From assembly GCF_001194135.2 (NCBI RefSeq), contig NC_068996.1, positions 39,626,775-39,659,524 on the forward strand: a DNA stretch of 32,750 bases, given 5' to 3'. Below are positions 21,590 through 32,455 of this stretch, one piece after another (the stretch's first letter is position 1; each line of letters begins with the position of its first letter). Both the position numbers and the translations under genes were made by a program. A model generated the notes under the pieces. It was given only the letters and a program-made list of their open reading frames with translations, did no database searches and was not told the DNA's origin. Origin of the DNA: Octopus bimaculoides. Its lineage: Eukaryota.

Positions 21590-21797
21590 TGTAGCCACCT
21601 TAACATGGTTGTCCATTCGAGCGGACTCTAACTGCAGTTTTTTAACCCCAAGAGGACATCTGTAGCCGGTTAATGATGTACAGCAATTTTGTCGGATTCA
21701 GCTGTGCATCATTAACCAACTAGAAGAGATGTCCTCTTGGGGTTAAAAAATTGTAGTAGAGTTCACTAGAATGGAAAGCCATGTTAAGGTGGCTACA
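21590..21797. mobile_element. Fold-back MITE, ~95-bp arms and ~15-bp spacer
   Basis: tgtagccaccttaacatgg...ttttttaaccccaagaggacatct / agatgtcctcttggggttaaaaaa...ccatgttaaggtggctaca. No TSD visible. Confidence 0.85.
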
Positions 21798-21799
21798 AG

Positions 21800-22143
21800 C
21801 GTTGCCTTCTAGCACTTGTGCTGGTGGCACTTTAGAAAATCATTTGAATGAGGTCTTTGCCAGTGCCACTGGACTAGCTCCCGTGCAGGTGGCACGTAAA
21901 AGACACCATTTTGAGCGTGACCGTTGCCAGTATCGCCTGACTGGCCTTTGTGCCGGTGGCACATAAAAGCACCCACTACACTCTTGGAGTGGTTGGCGTT
22001 AGGAAGGGCATCCAACTGTAGAAACTCTGCCAGATCAGATTGGAGCCTGGTGCAGCCTTCTGGCTTGCCAGTCCTCAGTCAAATCATCCAACCCGTGCTA
22101 GCATGGAAAATGGACGTGAGACTATGATGATGAAGAAGATGAG
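21800..22143 (+). mobile_element. SINE family C (3' portion) with (GAT)n-like tail
   Basis: About 65-bp internal repeats (ggtggcac...), gttggcgttaggaagggcatccaactgtagaaac domain, and tgctagcatggaaaatggacg...gatgatg. Confidence 0.8.
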
Positions 22144-22474
22144 TACATCTACTGTGTTGATCTCTTAGAGAGATTTTAGGACTAGCATCTTTGCTTGTTA
22201 GTTCTTGGTATTGCATTTTCTGATGTTCATTTTTTAAATTTAATTTAATTTTATTAATTTCTTAACTGAAAGCTACTCCCATTAAGGCAACAAGTAATCA
22301 CTTAATGTTTTGGAGGCATCGAATGAAAATGAAAGAAAAATAACCTAATAAGAAACTGTCCTAAGAATCAATAAAATGGTTTCCAAGAGGGCAAAATTTA
22401 GAATAATTAAGGTCACTTTATAGAAAGTTTTTAACCCTAGAATTTCTTTCAAGGATCATCAACAAAAATCCATA

Positions 22475-23250
22475 TTAACTCTTTAGCATTTAAACCAACC
22501 ATATATGACCAAAATACTCTACCTGTTTTAAGTTCAAACTGGTCAGGTCTTGCTTTTCACACATGCCCTACAGTGTCACTTTAAAAATAAACAATCATTT
22601 CATTGAGATCTCCAGCCTGTGAGATAATGTATGCTTAATTAATGGGTATGTGGATATTTTGCATATATTTCTGACCAGGTCCTGCCTTTCATACATACTG
22701 TACAATGTCACTGTAAAAATAAACAATCATTTCATTGAGATCTCCAGCCTGTGAGATAACGGACACTTAATTAATGGGTATGTGAGTATTTTGTAAATAC
22801 TTCATGGAGTGACGACAACTGTGTCTTGCATACTTACGGGTTGCTCTTTGGCAAGGTATAGCACCCATTCAGCCACCCAGCCAGGGGTATGATGAAGTCA
22901 TGGACTACAGCATGGTGGATTGTGAAGAGGTAGCAGAAGAGTTCCACTGAGCCAATGGTGCTTCTTACATTGATGCTGAACAGAGGAATGTTAGAAGATC
23001 AGCAGTCAGGATTACCAGCCTCTATCAAGAGAGAGTAACTGCAATGCACCTATAGGGGTGGTGTCTAGGGTTGTGTGATCAGATTCACGATGACTCAAGC
23101 TCCCAATTCAAATTCATAATAATGGATGGAATTGGATGGTGACAGAGAGTCATGGGAATCTGTGAAAGCAGCAAAAAGAAAGAATTTTTTAAAAACGTGA
23201 ATAAATAAGCATCACATTTGACAGAATAATTTGAATGCTAAAAGAGTTAA
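22475..23250. mobile_element. Second piggyBac-type TTAA MITE carrying an internal duplication and ~400-bp foreign insert
   Basis: TTAA-ctctttagcatt ... aatgctaaaagag-TTAA. The ~110-bp block is duplicated (~22555-22665 / ~22690-22800); unrelated sequence at ~22800-23190. Confidence 0.75.
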
Positions 23251-23344
23251 TGAAGACATTTCTTCATGACTTCATTTCAGTGCTTTAGTCAATGTAATTC
23301 TACAGCTTTTCAAGTCATTTCTACACAACATTATAGGTATTTGG

Positions 23345-23460
23345 TATTTCTCGTTTTTCATTCCTTAACTGGTTTCAGTCATTGGACTGTTGCCATGCTG
23401 GAGTACTGCCTTCAAAGTTTTAACCAATCATATCAACCTCGATATTTTTTCATTTGGAGT
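23345..23460 (-). mobile_element. SINE family B 3' fragment
   Basis: gtttcagtcattggactgttgccatgctggagtactgcc. Confidence 0.65.
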
Positions 23461-23479
23461 TTATTTTAACAATCTCCAT

Positions 23480-24058
23480 AGGTACAGGCATGGCTTAGTG
23501 GTAAGAAGCTTGCTTCCCAATCAAATGGGTCCAGGTTCAACCCCACTGTGTGGCACCTTCAGCAAGTGTCTTCTATTATAGCCTCGAGCCAACCAAAGCC
23601 TTGTGAGTGGATATGTATGTATATGTCTCTCTGCATGCATCTTTGTGTCTGCTTTTGTCCCACCATCAATGCTTGACAACTGGTGTTGGTGTGTTTACGT
23701 CCCCGTAACATAGCGGTGTCTTCTTTAGCCTCAGGCCAATCAAAGCCTTGTGAGTGGAATCGGTAGATGGAAAATGGAAACAGCCCATTGTGTATCTATG
23801 TACATACGTATATCTGTTTGTTTGTGTGTGTGTGTATGTGTGTGTGTGTGTGTGTGTTCCCCGTCACTGCTCGACAACTGATATTGGTTTGTTTACATCC
23901 CTGTAACTTGGTGGTTTGACAAAAGAGACCGATAGAGTAAGATCCACACTTAAAAATGTAATAATAAATAAGTACTGGGTTTGATTCATTCAAGTAAAAC
24001 TCTTCGAGGTGGTACCCCAGCATGGCCACAGTCCATTAACTGAAACAAGTAAAAGATA
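23480..24058 (+). mobile_element. SINE family B with internal tandem duplication of the body
   Basis: Body repeated at 23567-23716 and 23717-23914; single head and single tail. Confidence 0.8.
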
Positions 24059-24224
24059 TGAAGGTAGATGAAATAGAATGGAATACACACACACACACAT
24101 AAACACACACATGCTCACACACATACACACACACACAGAGAAATAAGAACTGAAACCATGAAAATAACAGCAGGTTAGTGTAGGATCTTTGACAAGAAAC
24201 TATCTGATAGCATGAATGTATATT

Positions 24225-24400
24225 CTTTCATTCCCTCATTCTTCTACTTGTTTCAGTCGTTTCACTGCGGCCATGCTGGAGCACCACCTTTAGTCGAATG
24301 AATTTGAACCCAGGACTTATTCTTTGTAAGCCTAGTACCCATTCTATCAGTCTCTTTTGCCGAACCATTAAATTGGGGGGACAAACACAGACACCCAAAC
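24225..24400 (-). mobile_element. SINE family B 3' half, running into (AT)n and the gap
   Basis: cttgtttcagtcg..actgcggccatgctggagcaccacctttagtcga...gacaaacacagacac. Confidence 0.8.
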
Positions 24401-24415
24401 ATATATACATATATA

Positions 24416-24457
<42 letters not shown>

Positions 24458-25035
24458 NNNNNNNNNNNNNNNNNNNNNNNNNNNNNNNNNNNNNNNNNNN
24501 NNNNNNNNNNNNNNNNNNNNNNNNNNNNNNNNNNNNNNNNNNNNNNNNNNNNNNNNNNNNNNNNNNNNNNNNNNNNNNNNNNNNNNNNNNNNNNNNNNNN
24601 NNNNNNNNNNNNNNNNNNNNNNNNNNNNNNNNNNNNNNNNNNNNNNNNNNNNNNNNNNNNNNNNNNNNNNNNNNNNNNNNNNNNNNNNNNNNNNNNNNNN
24701 NNNNNNNNNNNNNNNNNNNNNNNNNNNNNNNNNNNNNNNNNNNNNNNNNNNNNNNNNNNNNNNNNNNNNNNNNNNNNNNNNNNNNNNNNNNNNNNNNNNN
24801 NNNNNNNNNNNNNNNNNNNNNNNNNNNNNNNNNNNNNNNNNNNNNNNNNNNNNNNNNNNNNNNNNNNATATACTTTCTTACATATACATGTTTTATGAGT
24901 TCAAGATAGCTAGTAATACCTATAAATCTACAAAATTCAAACTGAAGTAACAATAGGGTGAAAAAAAATCTAAACTACATATTTAATTGGCACTGTAATG
25001 TATTTCGAAACAATAATAATTACTATTATTATTTC

Positions 25036-25322
25036 GATGAATTAAGTACCAGTTACGTACTGGGGTCAATCTAATTGACTGGCCCCTTGCCCCAAAATTT
25101 CGGGCCTTGTACCTAGAGTAGAAAAGAATATTTTAATGTGGCAAGCTGGCAGAAACGTTAGCACGCTGGCAAAATGCTTAGCGGTATTTTGTCTGTCTTT
25201 ACATTCTGAGTTCAAATTCCACAGAGGTCGAAATACCAGTGAGATACTGGGGTCAACATAATCGACTAGTCCCTTCCCCACAAATTTCAGTCCTTGAGTC
25301 TATAGTAGAAAGGATTATTATT

Positions 25323-25393
<71 letters not shown>

Positions 25394-25474
25394 TATGGCA
25401 TTTCATCTGCCACTATGTTCTGAGTCCAAATTCTGCTGAGTTCGATTTTTCCTTTCATCCTTTTGGGGGGTCGA
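25036..25474 (+). mobile_element. Cluster of three SINE A pieces (25036-25135, 25139-25320, 25395-25474) around a (CAT)n tract
   Basis: Repeated aagtaccag..tactggggtcaa..atcgact and tail type 2 motifs. Confidence 0.75.
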
Positions 25475-25660
25475 TGCAGCTGGATGCCCCTCCTAATGCC
25501 AACCACTCTGAGAGTGTAGTGGGTGGTTTTTATGTGCCACCTACACGAAGGCCAGTCACACGGTACTGGCAACGGCCATGCTCAAATGGTGTATTTTACG
25601 TGCAACCTGCACAGGAATCAGTTCAGCGGTGCTGGCAACGACCTCGCTCGAATGGTTTTA
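25475..25660 (-). mobile_element. SINE family C fragment
   Basis: cagctggatgcccctcctaatgccaaccactctgagagtgtagtggg...ggcaacgacctcgctcgaat. Confidence 0.8.
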
Positions 25661-25678
25661 TTAATATTATTATTATTG

Positions 25679-25710
<32 letters not shown>

Positions 25711-25711
25711 G

Positions 25712-25755
<44 letters not shown>

Positions 25756-25842
25756 GTTGTTGTTGTTTTTGTTGTTGTTGTTGTTGTTGTTTTTGTTGTT
25801 GTTGTTGTTGTTGTTGTTCTTCTTCTTCTTCTTCTTCTTCTT

Positions 25843-25873
<31 letters not shown>

Positions 25874-25897
25874 TTATTATTATTATTATTATTATTA
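25661..25897. repeat. In-phase compound microsatellite (ATT)-(GTT)-(CTT)-(ATT)
   Basis: Seen directly. Confidence 0.95.
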
Positions 25898-25934
25898 CAT
25901 CTAAAGTACCATTAAAAAATTGCAGCCTCTACAG

Positions 25935-26081
25935 GTCAAGAAATTTGAATGGCCACCAATATTGAAGTATGGTAAGAATATCTGCTGGCAATACCCAGCA
26001 ATGGACTGCATGAAAGCTGCGAAAAAGGAACATGCGATAGATATAAAGGATGATGTCTTGGAACATGTGAAGAAATACTAA
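25935..26081 (+). CDS. Weak candidate exon: VKKFEWPPILKYGKNICWQYPAMDCMKAAKKEHAIDIKDDVLEHVKKY*
   Basis: ctctacAG acceptor, open soluble-looking frame, stop followed by aataaa; internal donor atg|gtaaga at 25972. No homology recognised. Confidence 0.25.
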   Translation, partial: VKKFEWPPILKYGKNICWQYPAMDCMKAAKKEHAIDIKDDVLEHVKKY

Positions 26082-26477
26082 ATAAATAAGTAGAACCAAA
26101 AATTTGCATAAAAAACCATTATTCTTGTCAAAAGCAGTATGTTTCATGCAAACAGAGAAGAAAAAAAAATTCATTAATTTACCCTGGAATTACCAAGTGT
26201 ACTTATGGTATCAGATGACCAAACAAATGCTGGAATTGGTAAACAGCATGTGCATTTGTAAGCTTCGGAAAAGTTTTTCTTAATTTCAATGGTAAAGAAA
26301 ATGTAATTAAAATGACACTATATGTCGAAGAATAATTGCAAAGAGTCACCAAGAATTCTTCAGTGGAACATAGAAAAATTTTTGAGTAGCTGATTTATTC
26401 TTAAAAAAAACCCAACTTTTTTGTTTATTTTTATTTGTTTATTTTAAGCAATTTTGTGAATTTACTGGAAGAAAACT

Positions 26478-26748
26478 TCTTTTTCTTCTTCTTCTTCTTC
26501 TTCTTCTTCTTCTTCTTCTTCTTCTTCTTCTTCTTCTTCCAATTCTTCTTCTTCTTCTTTTTCTTCTTCTTATTCTTCTTCTTCCAATTCTTCTTCTTCT
26601 TCTTCTTCTTCTTCTTCTTTTTCTTCCAATTCTTCTTCTTCTTCTCCTTCTTCTTCTTCTTCTTCTTCTTCTTCTTCTTCTTCTTCTTCTTCTTCTTCTT
26701 CTTCTTCTCCTTCTTCTTCTCCTCCTCCTCCTCCTCCTCCTCCTCCTC
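26478..26748. repeat. ~270-bp (TTC)n/(TCC)n polypyrimidine tract
   Basis: Seen directly. Confidence 0.95.
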
Positions 26749-26769
26749 CCATCCCCACCCCACCACCAG

Positions 26770-27030
26770 CATCATTGTTTTAGCATCCATTTTTTTCCAT
26801 GCTTGAATCAGTCAGATGGAATTTGTTGAGACAGATTTTCTACACTTAGATGCCTTTCCTGTCACCCACCCTCACCTGTTTCCAAGCAAGGTAATATTTC
26901 TCCATGAGTCCAAGAGACAATCCTGCAGAATAATGGAAAGGAATGATACTGCTCGAATAACACTGACACACATTTACAACAATCACACGATATGAAAAAC
27001 AAGAAGACACTAACACACACACACACATAC
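26770..27030 (-). mobile_element. SINE-like family D
   Basis: gattttctacacttagatgcctttcctgtcacccaccctcacctgtttccaagcaaggtaatatttc; homologous to 12550-13145. Confidence 0.65.
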
Positions 27031-27910
27031 ATATTCATATATGTATATGTGTTTAAGTGTGTATGTGTGTGTATATGTGTGTATGTATGTATATACGTAT
27101 GTGTGTATATGCATGTGTGTATGTATGTATATGTACATGTATGTGTGTGTATGTATGTATGTATGTATGTATGTGTGTATGTATGTATGTATGTATGTGT
27201 GTATGTATGTATATATATATATGTATGTGTGTATGTATGTATATATATGTATGTATATGTGTATATGCATGTGTATATGTATGTATGTATGTGTATATGT
27301 CCTTGCCTTCGAAATGCAGAGTAGATGGACAGGGACAACTGACGAAGGGAAATATTCTTTATGTTGCNNNNNNNNNNNNNNNNNNNNNNNNNNNNNNNNN
27401 NNNNNNNNNNNNNNNNNNNNNNNNNNNNNNNNNNNNNNNNNNNNNNNNNNNNNNNNNNNNNNNNNNNNNNNNNNNNNNNNNNNNNNNNNNNNNNNNNNNN
27501 NNNNNNNNNNNNNNNNNNNNNNNNNNNNNNNNNNNNNNNNNNNNNNNNNNNNNNNNNNNNNNNNNNNNNNNNNNNNNNNNNNNNNNNNNNNNNNNNNNNN
27601 NNNNNNNNNNNNNNNNNNNNNNNNNNNNNNNNNNNNNNNNNNNNNNNNNNNNNNNNNNNNNNTATGTGTATATGTATGTGTGTGTATGTATGCATATATG
27701 TATATGTGTATATATGTGTGTATGTATTTGTGTATGTATGTACAATATATATGTATGTGTGTATGTATGTATGTATGTATATGTGTATATGCATGTGTGT
27801 ATGTATATGTATGTGTGTGTATGTATGCATACACGTATATGTGTACATATGAGTGTATGTATGTATGTATGTATGTATGTATGTATGTATGTATGTATGT
27901 GTGTGTGTAT
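27015..27910. repeat. (TATG/TG)n arrays on both sides of a gap
   Basis: Seen directly. Confidence 0.9.
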
Positions 27911-28492
27911 GTTGTTTTTGGCAAGAAACTCATTAGTAAGGAGAGCTCAGTAACAGGATGCATTGTTGTTGTGAAGAATCCAATTCTTTGTGCTCCACAG
28001 ATCCAGTTCCTTTTGCCAAATGTCTCCCTTCAAACAATTCAAAAACATCATTGATTGTTCTCCGACAAACCTCATGCAGCAGCTGACGAATCTTCTCCAC
28101 ATTTCAGTGGGTGACACTTGTTTCAGGTCTTCCCAGGAACGTTCATCATCTTCCAGGGACGTTCTTCCACTTTTGAAGTACCCATTGCATATGACCCATT
28201 GCCTCATTTCTGTAAGTTTGCTGAAGCATTCTCAATGTCTCTGTAACAGACTTCTCAAGTTTAATGCAAAATTTCACGTTAACTCTTTGTTCCTGTCCAT
28301 GACAAAACCGAAGACTACAGTATACATGTAATCATAAAAACACAAATTTCACAACTTGTGAAGTAAACACAGCAATGCCACTTGGCACACTGTCTCATGA
28401 AGGTCACTGCTAGCTCTCACAGTGCATGCAACTGTGTGTTGCTATGTGTTGGTACTCTACAGAATCAGTCCGCGAACTTTTTGATACTACCT

Positions 28493-28496
<4 letters not shown>
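27910..28496 (-). mobile_element. Mariner transposon remnant (one TIR, HTH region, internal deletion, truncated)
   Basis: TA-caaggtagtatcaaaaagttcgcggactg end at 28496. Peptides QRVNVKFCIKLEKSVTETLRMLQQTY, FKSGRTSLEDDERS, ENVEKIRQLLHE..RRTINDV, and LWSTKNWILHNNNASCY*ALLTNEFLAKNN. Confidence 0.9.
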
Positions 28497-28537
<41 letters not shown>

Positions 28538-29576
28538 AACTTTTTTTGCTACCCTGAGATTTATTAATAATGATATAATGATTTTTTGGGGGCTAATTTC
28601 TGGAAGAAAATCAGCATTTTTTGTATTTACTGCTGATAAGAAAAACCACACATGCGCAGTAGATATGAAAAATTATAACATATAAGTACAAGGCATGTTT
28701 CTGTGTATTGCCTCGTATTTATTTATTAATCTTGGCTTTCCTGCTGATGATAGCTGGCCTAGCAAATTATTTTATTTTGCTGAAGATAGCTTGAAACCTT
28801 GGTTCAGGAAATAGATGGTAAATGTTTTTATTTTTCATTCCCTTTCAAAATTATCCCTAATTGTGGTTTGGAGTTTGACTGCTCCTTCTAGCGGGTTAGA
28901 TTTCCTATTATAGACATCTCTCTTATATGTTTAAATGTACACTGTATGTATTTATATGATATATATATATATATATATCATATAAATACATACAGTGTAC
29001 ATTTAAACATATAAGAGAGATATATATAAGATATATNNNNNNNNNNNNNNNNNNNNNNNNNNNNNNNNNNNNNNNNNNNNNNNNNNNNNNNNNNNNNNNN
29101 NNNNNNNNNNNNNNNNNNNNNNNNNNNNNNNNNNNNNNNNNNNNNNNNNNNNNNNNNNNNNNNNNNNNNNNNNNNNNNNNNNNNNNNNNNNNNNNNNNNN
29201 NNNNNNNNNNNNNNNNNNNNNNNNNNNNNNNNNNNNNNNNNNNNNNNNNNNNNNNNNNNNNNNNNNNNNNNNNNNNNNNNNNNNNNNNNNNNNNNNNNNN
29301 NNNNNNNNNNNNNNNNNNNNNNNNNNNNNNNNNNNNNNNNNNNNNNNNNNNNNNNNNNNNNNNNNNNNNNNNNNNNNNNNNNNNNNNNNNNNNNNNNNNN
29401 NNNNNNNNNNNNNNNNNNNNNNNNNNNNNNNNNNNNNNNNNNNNNNNNNNNNNNNNNNNNNNNNNNNNNNNNNNNNGGGGGTGTTAATGTCAACCAGAGA
29501 AGTTGAATTGTTGGGAATGTTTTTAACTTGGGTCTTATAGTATGCCTGTATATATGTGAGAGTATAGTCTCACTTA

Positions 29577-29768
29577 AATAGTTTCAGTATGAAATTGAAA
29601 ATATTAAAGTGAAAGTATTTGAAATTACAGTAGCGACATGTTATTGTTTCACTTTTGACAGGTAATACTGAAATAATGGAATAGTTTCAGTGTTAAAGTG
29701 AAAGTTTCTGACATTACAGTAGATTGATGTTATTGTTTCAGTTTTGACACATAATACTGAAATAGTGG
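29577..29768. repeat. Two-copy ~90-100-bp tandem repeat
   Basis: aatagtttcagt...ttaaagtgaaa...attacagtag...gttattgtttca.ttttgaca..taatactgaaata occurs twice. Confidence 0.85.
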
Positions 29769-30035
29769 AGGAGGTTAGGGTTATTGCTGTGGGCTCGAAC
29801 TATGCAAGAAGTTAAAAACGACTTCATCACCACCAGAACACAGGGTTTTTATGCTACTGGCGTAAATAAACTTGTTTCATGTTGGCAAAAGTATGTTGAT
29901 TTTGATGGTGTTTATTTTTGATTAATAAAATTTTGTTTGAGCCGAAATATATGCATCTGAATTCAAAGGTTAAAAACCGCAAGAACTTTCTTGACAACCT
30001 AATAATTTAAAAGGTAAAACTGTAGTTTAATATAT

Positions 30036-30175
30036 ATAAAGACGATAAGAAATGGAGCAATAAACAATGAGAAGTGAATCATTAGCGTTATAATTAATTA
30101 ATTAAATAAGGAATTTATAATACCAACAATCCACTTCTCACTGTTATTTATTGCTCCGTTTCTTACCATCTTTAT
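30036..30175. mobile_element. ~140-bp palindromic MITE with TA-rich flanks
   Basis: ataaagacgataagaaatggagcaataaacaatgagaagtgaat / atccacttctcactgttatttattgctccgtttcttaccatctttat. Confidence 0.75.
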
Positions 30176-30572
30176 GTTGCTGGCACTCCGTCGCTTACGA
30201 CGTCGAGGGTTCCAGTTGATCCGATCAACGGAACAGCCTGCTCATGAAATTAACATGCAAGTGGCTGAGCACTCCACAGATACGTGTACCCTTAACGTAG
30301 TTATCGGGGATATTCAGCGTGACACAGTGTGACACAGTGTGACAAGGCTGACCCCTTGAATTACAGGCACAACAGAAACAGGAAGTAAGAGTGAGAGAAA
30401 GTTGTGGTGAAAGAGTACAGCAGGGTTCGCCACCATCCCCTGCTGGAGCCTCGTGGAGCTTTAAGTGTTTTCGTTCAATAAACACTCACAACGCCCAGTC
30501 TGGGAATCGAAACCGCGATCCTATGACTGTGAGTCCGCTGCCCTAACCACTGGGCCATTGCACCTCCACAAT
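30176..30572 (-). mobile_element. Full-length tRNA-type SINE family E with 9-bp TSD
   Basis: Head ggaggtgcaatggcccagtggttagggcagcggactc...ggtttcgattccc. TSD catctttat at 30167-30175 and 30573-30581. Confidence 0.9.
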
Positions 30573-30575
30573 CAT

Positions 30576-30618
<43 letters not shown>

Positions 30619-30637
30619 TACATATACAAATATATGC

Positions 30638-30669
<32 letters not shown>

Positions 30670-30843
30670 ATACAATAGGCTTCTGTTAGATTCTGAATTG
30701 CAACAAATCCACTGTGAAGTTTTTGATTGGCCCTGGGCTATAGTGGAAGACACTTCCTGTCGAAAGTGCAATGCAGTAGGACTGAACCTGAAACTGTATG
30801 GATTGCGAAACAAACTTCTCAACCACCAGCCATGCCTGCACCT
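30670..30843 (-). mobile_element. SINE family B 5' half
   Basis: Reverse complement reads aggtgcaggcatggctggtggttgagaagtttgtttcgc...caggttcagtcc...gtgtcttccactatagccc. Confidence 0.75.
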
Positions 30844-31444
30844 TCATGGAATCATTAAGAAAACCAAGTATTGCCTCGCACTCTTCTTCCCACCCAAATT
30901 TCACGTTCACAGAAGTTGGTCAAAAGGTTCAAAATGAATCGCCGAAGTGCACTAGACCACATTATTTACCAGTCGTTCTGAAAGAGGAAATGTACCAGCC
31001 TCTTTCAAAGTATCTTAGAATCCAGTATTATCAATTTCAGATCAGCAGGATAATACTCTACAATAACACAAGAAAAAAAGCACACACACACACACACATA
31101 CCTATCTATATAAGATTGAAATACTAGGTCAGTTGCTATTTCAGGTAGAGGAATAAAGCACTTAGTATTCTCGATTACATCAAACTTCTCATAGAATCAA
31201 ACCAACCAAATGGAGGAGGTATGGCAGAATTTTCCTGTGGAGAAAACAACAGAACTATCAATCTTAATTACCTCACAAGGACGCTAAGGGTAAAATAGGC
31301 TCTCTCTCTTTCTCTCACAATTTTCTCTCTCTCTCTCTCTTTCTCTGTCTCATATTGACTCATTGAGAGCCTCCTGCCATTGGCTGTTGGCTTGTTGCGA
31401 TTGTTGGTTAATTGGATGCTGGGCAAAGAAATAACATCAATGAC

Positions 31445-31592
31445 AGTTGTGACTACATCTATCTATCTATCTATCTATTTCTATCTCCCCTTCTCTCTCC
31501 CTCTCCTCCTCTCTATCTCTCTTTACATATATTTATTTATTTATTTATTTATGTGTTTCAGCCAAGTGGCTGCGGTCATGCTGGTGTACCAC

Positions 31593-31639
<47 letters not shown>

Positions 31640-31925
31640 TATATATATACATATATACATACATACATATATTGATATAGATATTGATGTATAGATATAG
31701 ATAGAGAATGATTGATAGCAAGATAGATATGCATATATATATGTGTAAATATATATATATATTGCTTGTTTGCACTTTATATATATGTGTGTGTGTGTGT
31801 ATGCATGTATGTACATATTTATGTAACAACACACACACACACACACACTTACATACACAACACACTCATGTTCACACGCACACACACACACAGACACTCA
31901 CACACACACACACACACACACACAA
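31445..31925. repeat. Compound TCTA/TA/CA microsatellites with a small SINE B tail fragment (~31550-31594)
   Basis: Seen directly. Confidence 0.85.
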
Positions 31926-32455
31926 GTGATAATTATTTTCCCTGAACGCCCACTGTTTCATGAAAATGGCACAAGGGTGCAGAGGGTAACATAAGCTGGA
32001 GATTTCTGGAATAAGCAAGCACAAAAAAAAATAAAAACAATAATAATAAAAGTAATAATAATAATAAAACTTTGGTAAATCAAAGTGGAAGAAAGGAGAA
32101 AGGATAAAAGTAAATAAATTAATAAAAAAAAGAAAGAAGAAAAGTCAAAGTCAACAGACCCTTAAAACAGAAAAGACTGGCATTACAAGTAGATAAATAT
32201 AGAATACTTATAGATAAGTAAATAAGGAGACAGTTATCAAGTCACATGATCAAAGATTTCATCATTTCAAGAGTGTAGTTGACCAAGGAAAATCCAATAA
32301 TACTTGTGTTGTTGTTATTGTTGTGCCTATGTGTGTATGTGTGTGTGTATGTGTGTGTGTGTGTGTGTATGCAGCACTGGATTAACCATTCAGTAAAAAA
32401 AATAAGTATGTGCTTAGGGCATCAAGGGAAGGGTGGGGGGTCACCGTTGTTGTTG

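Noticed and set aside
28650-28662. catgcgcagt NRF1-like half site
   Set aside because: It is a single short motif with no CpG island or other promoter evidence.
30500-30572. tRNA-like sequence with A and B boxes
   Set aside because: It is the head of a SINE with body, tail and TSD, not a tRNA gene. The same holds for 13000-13071 and the other SINE heads.
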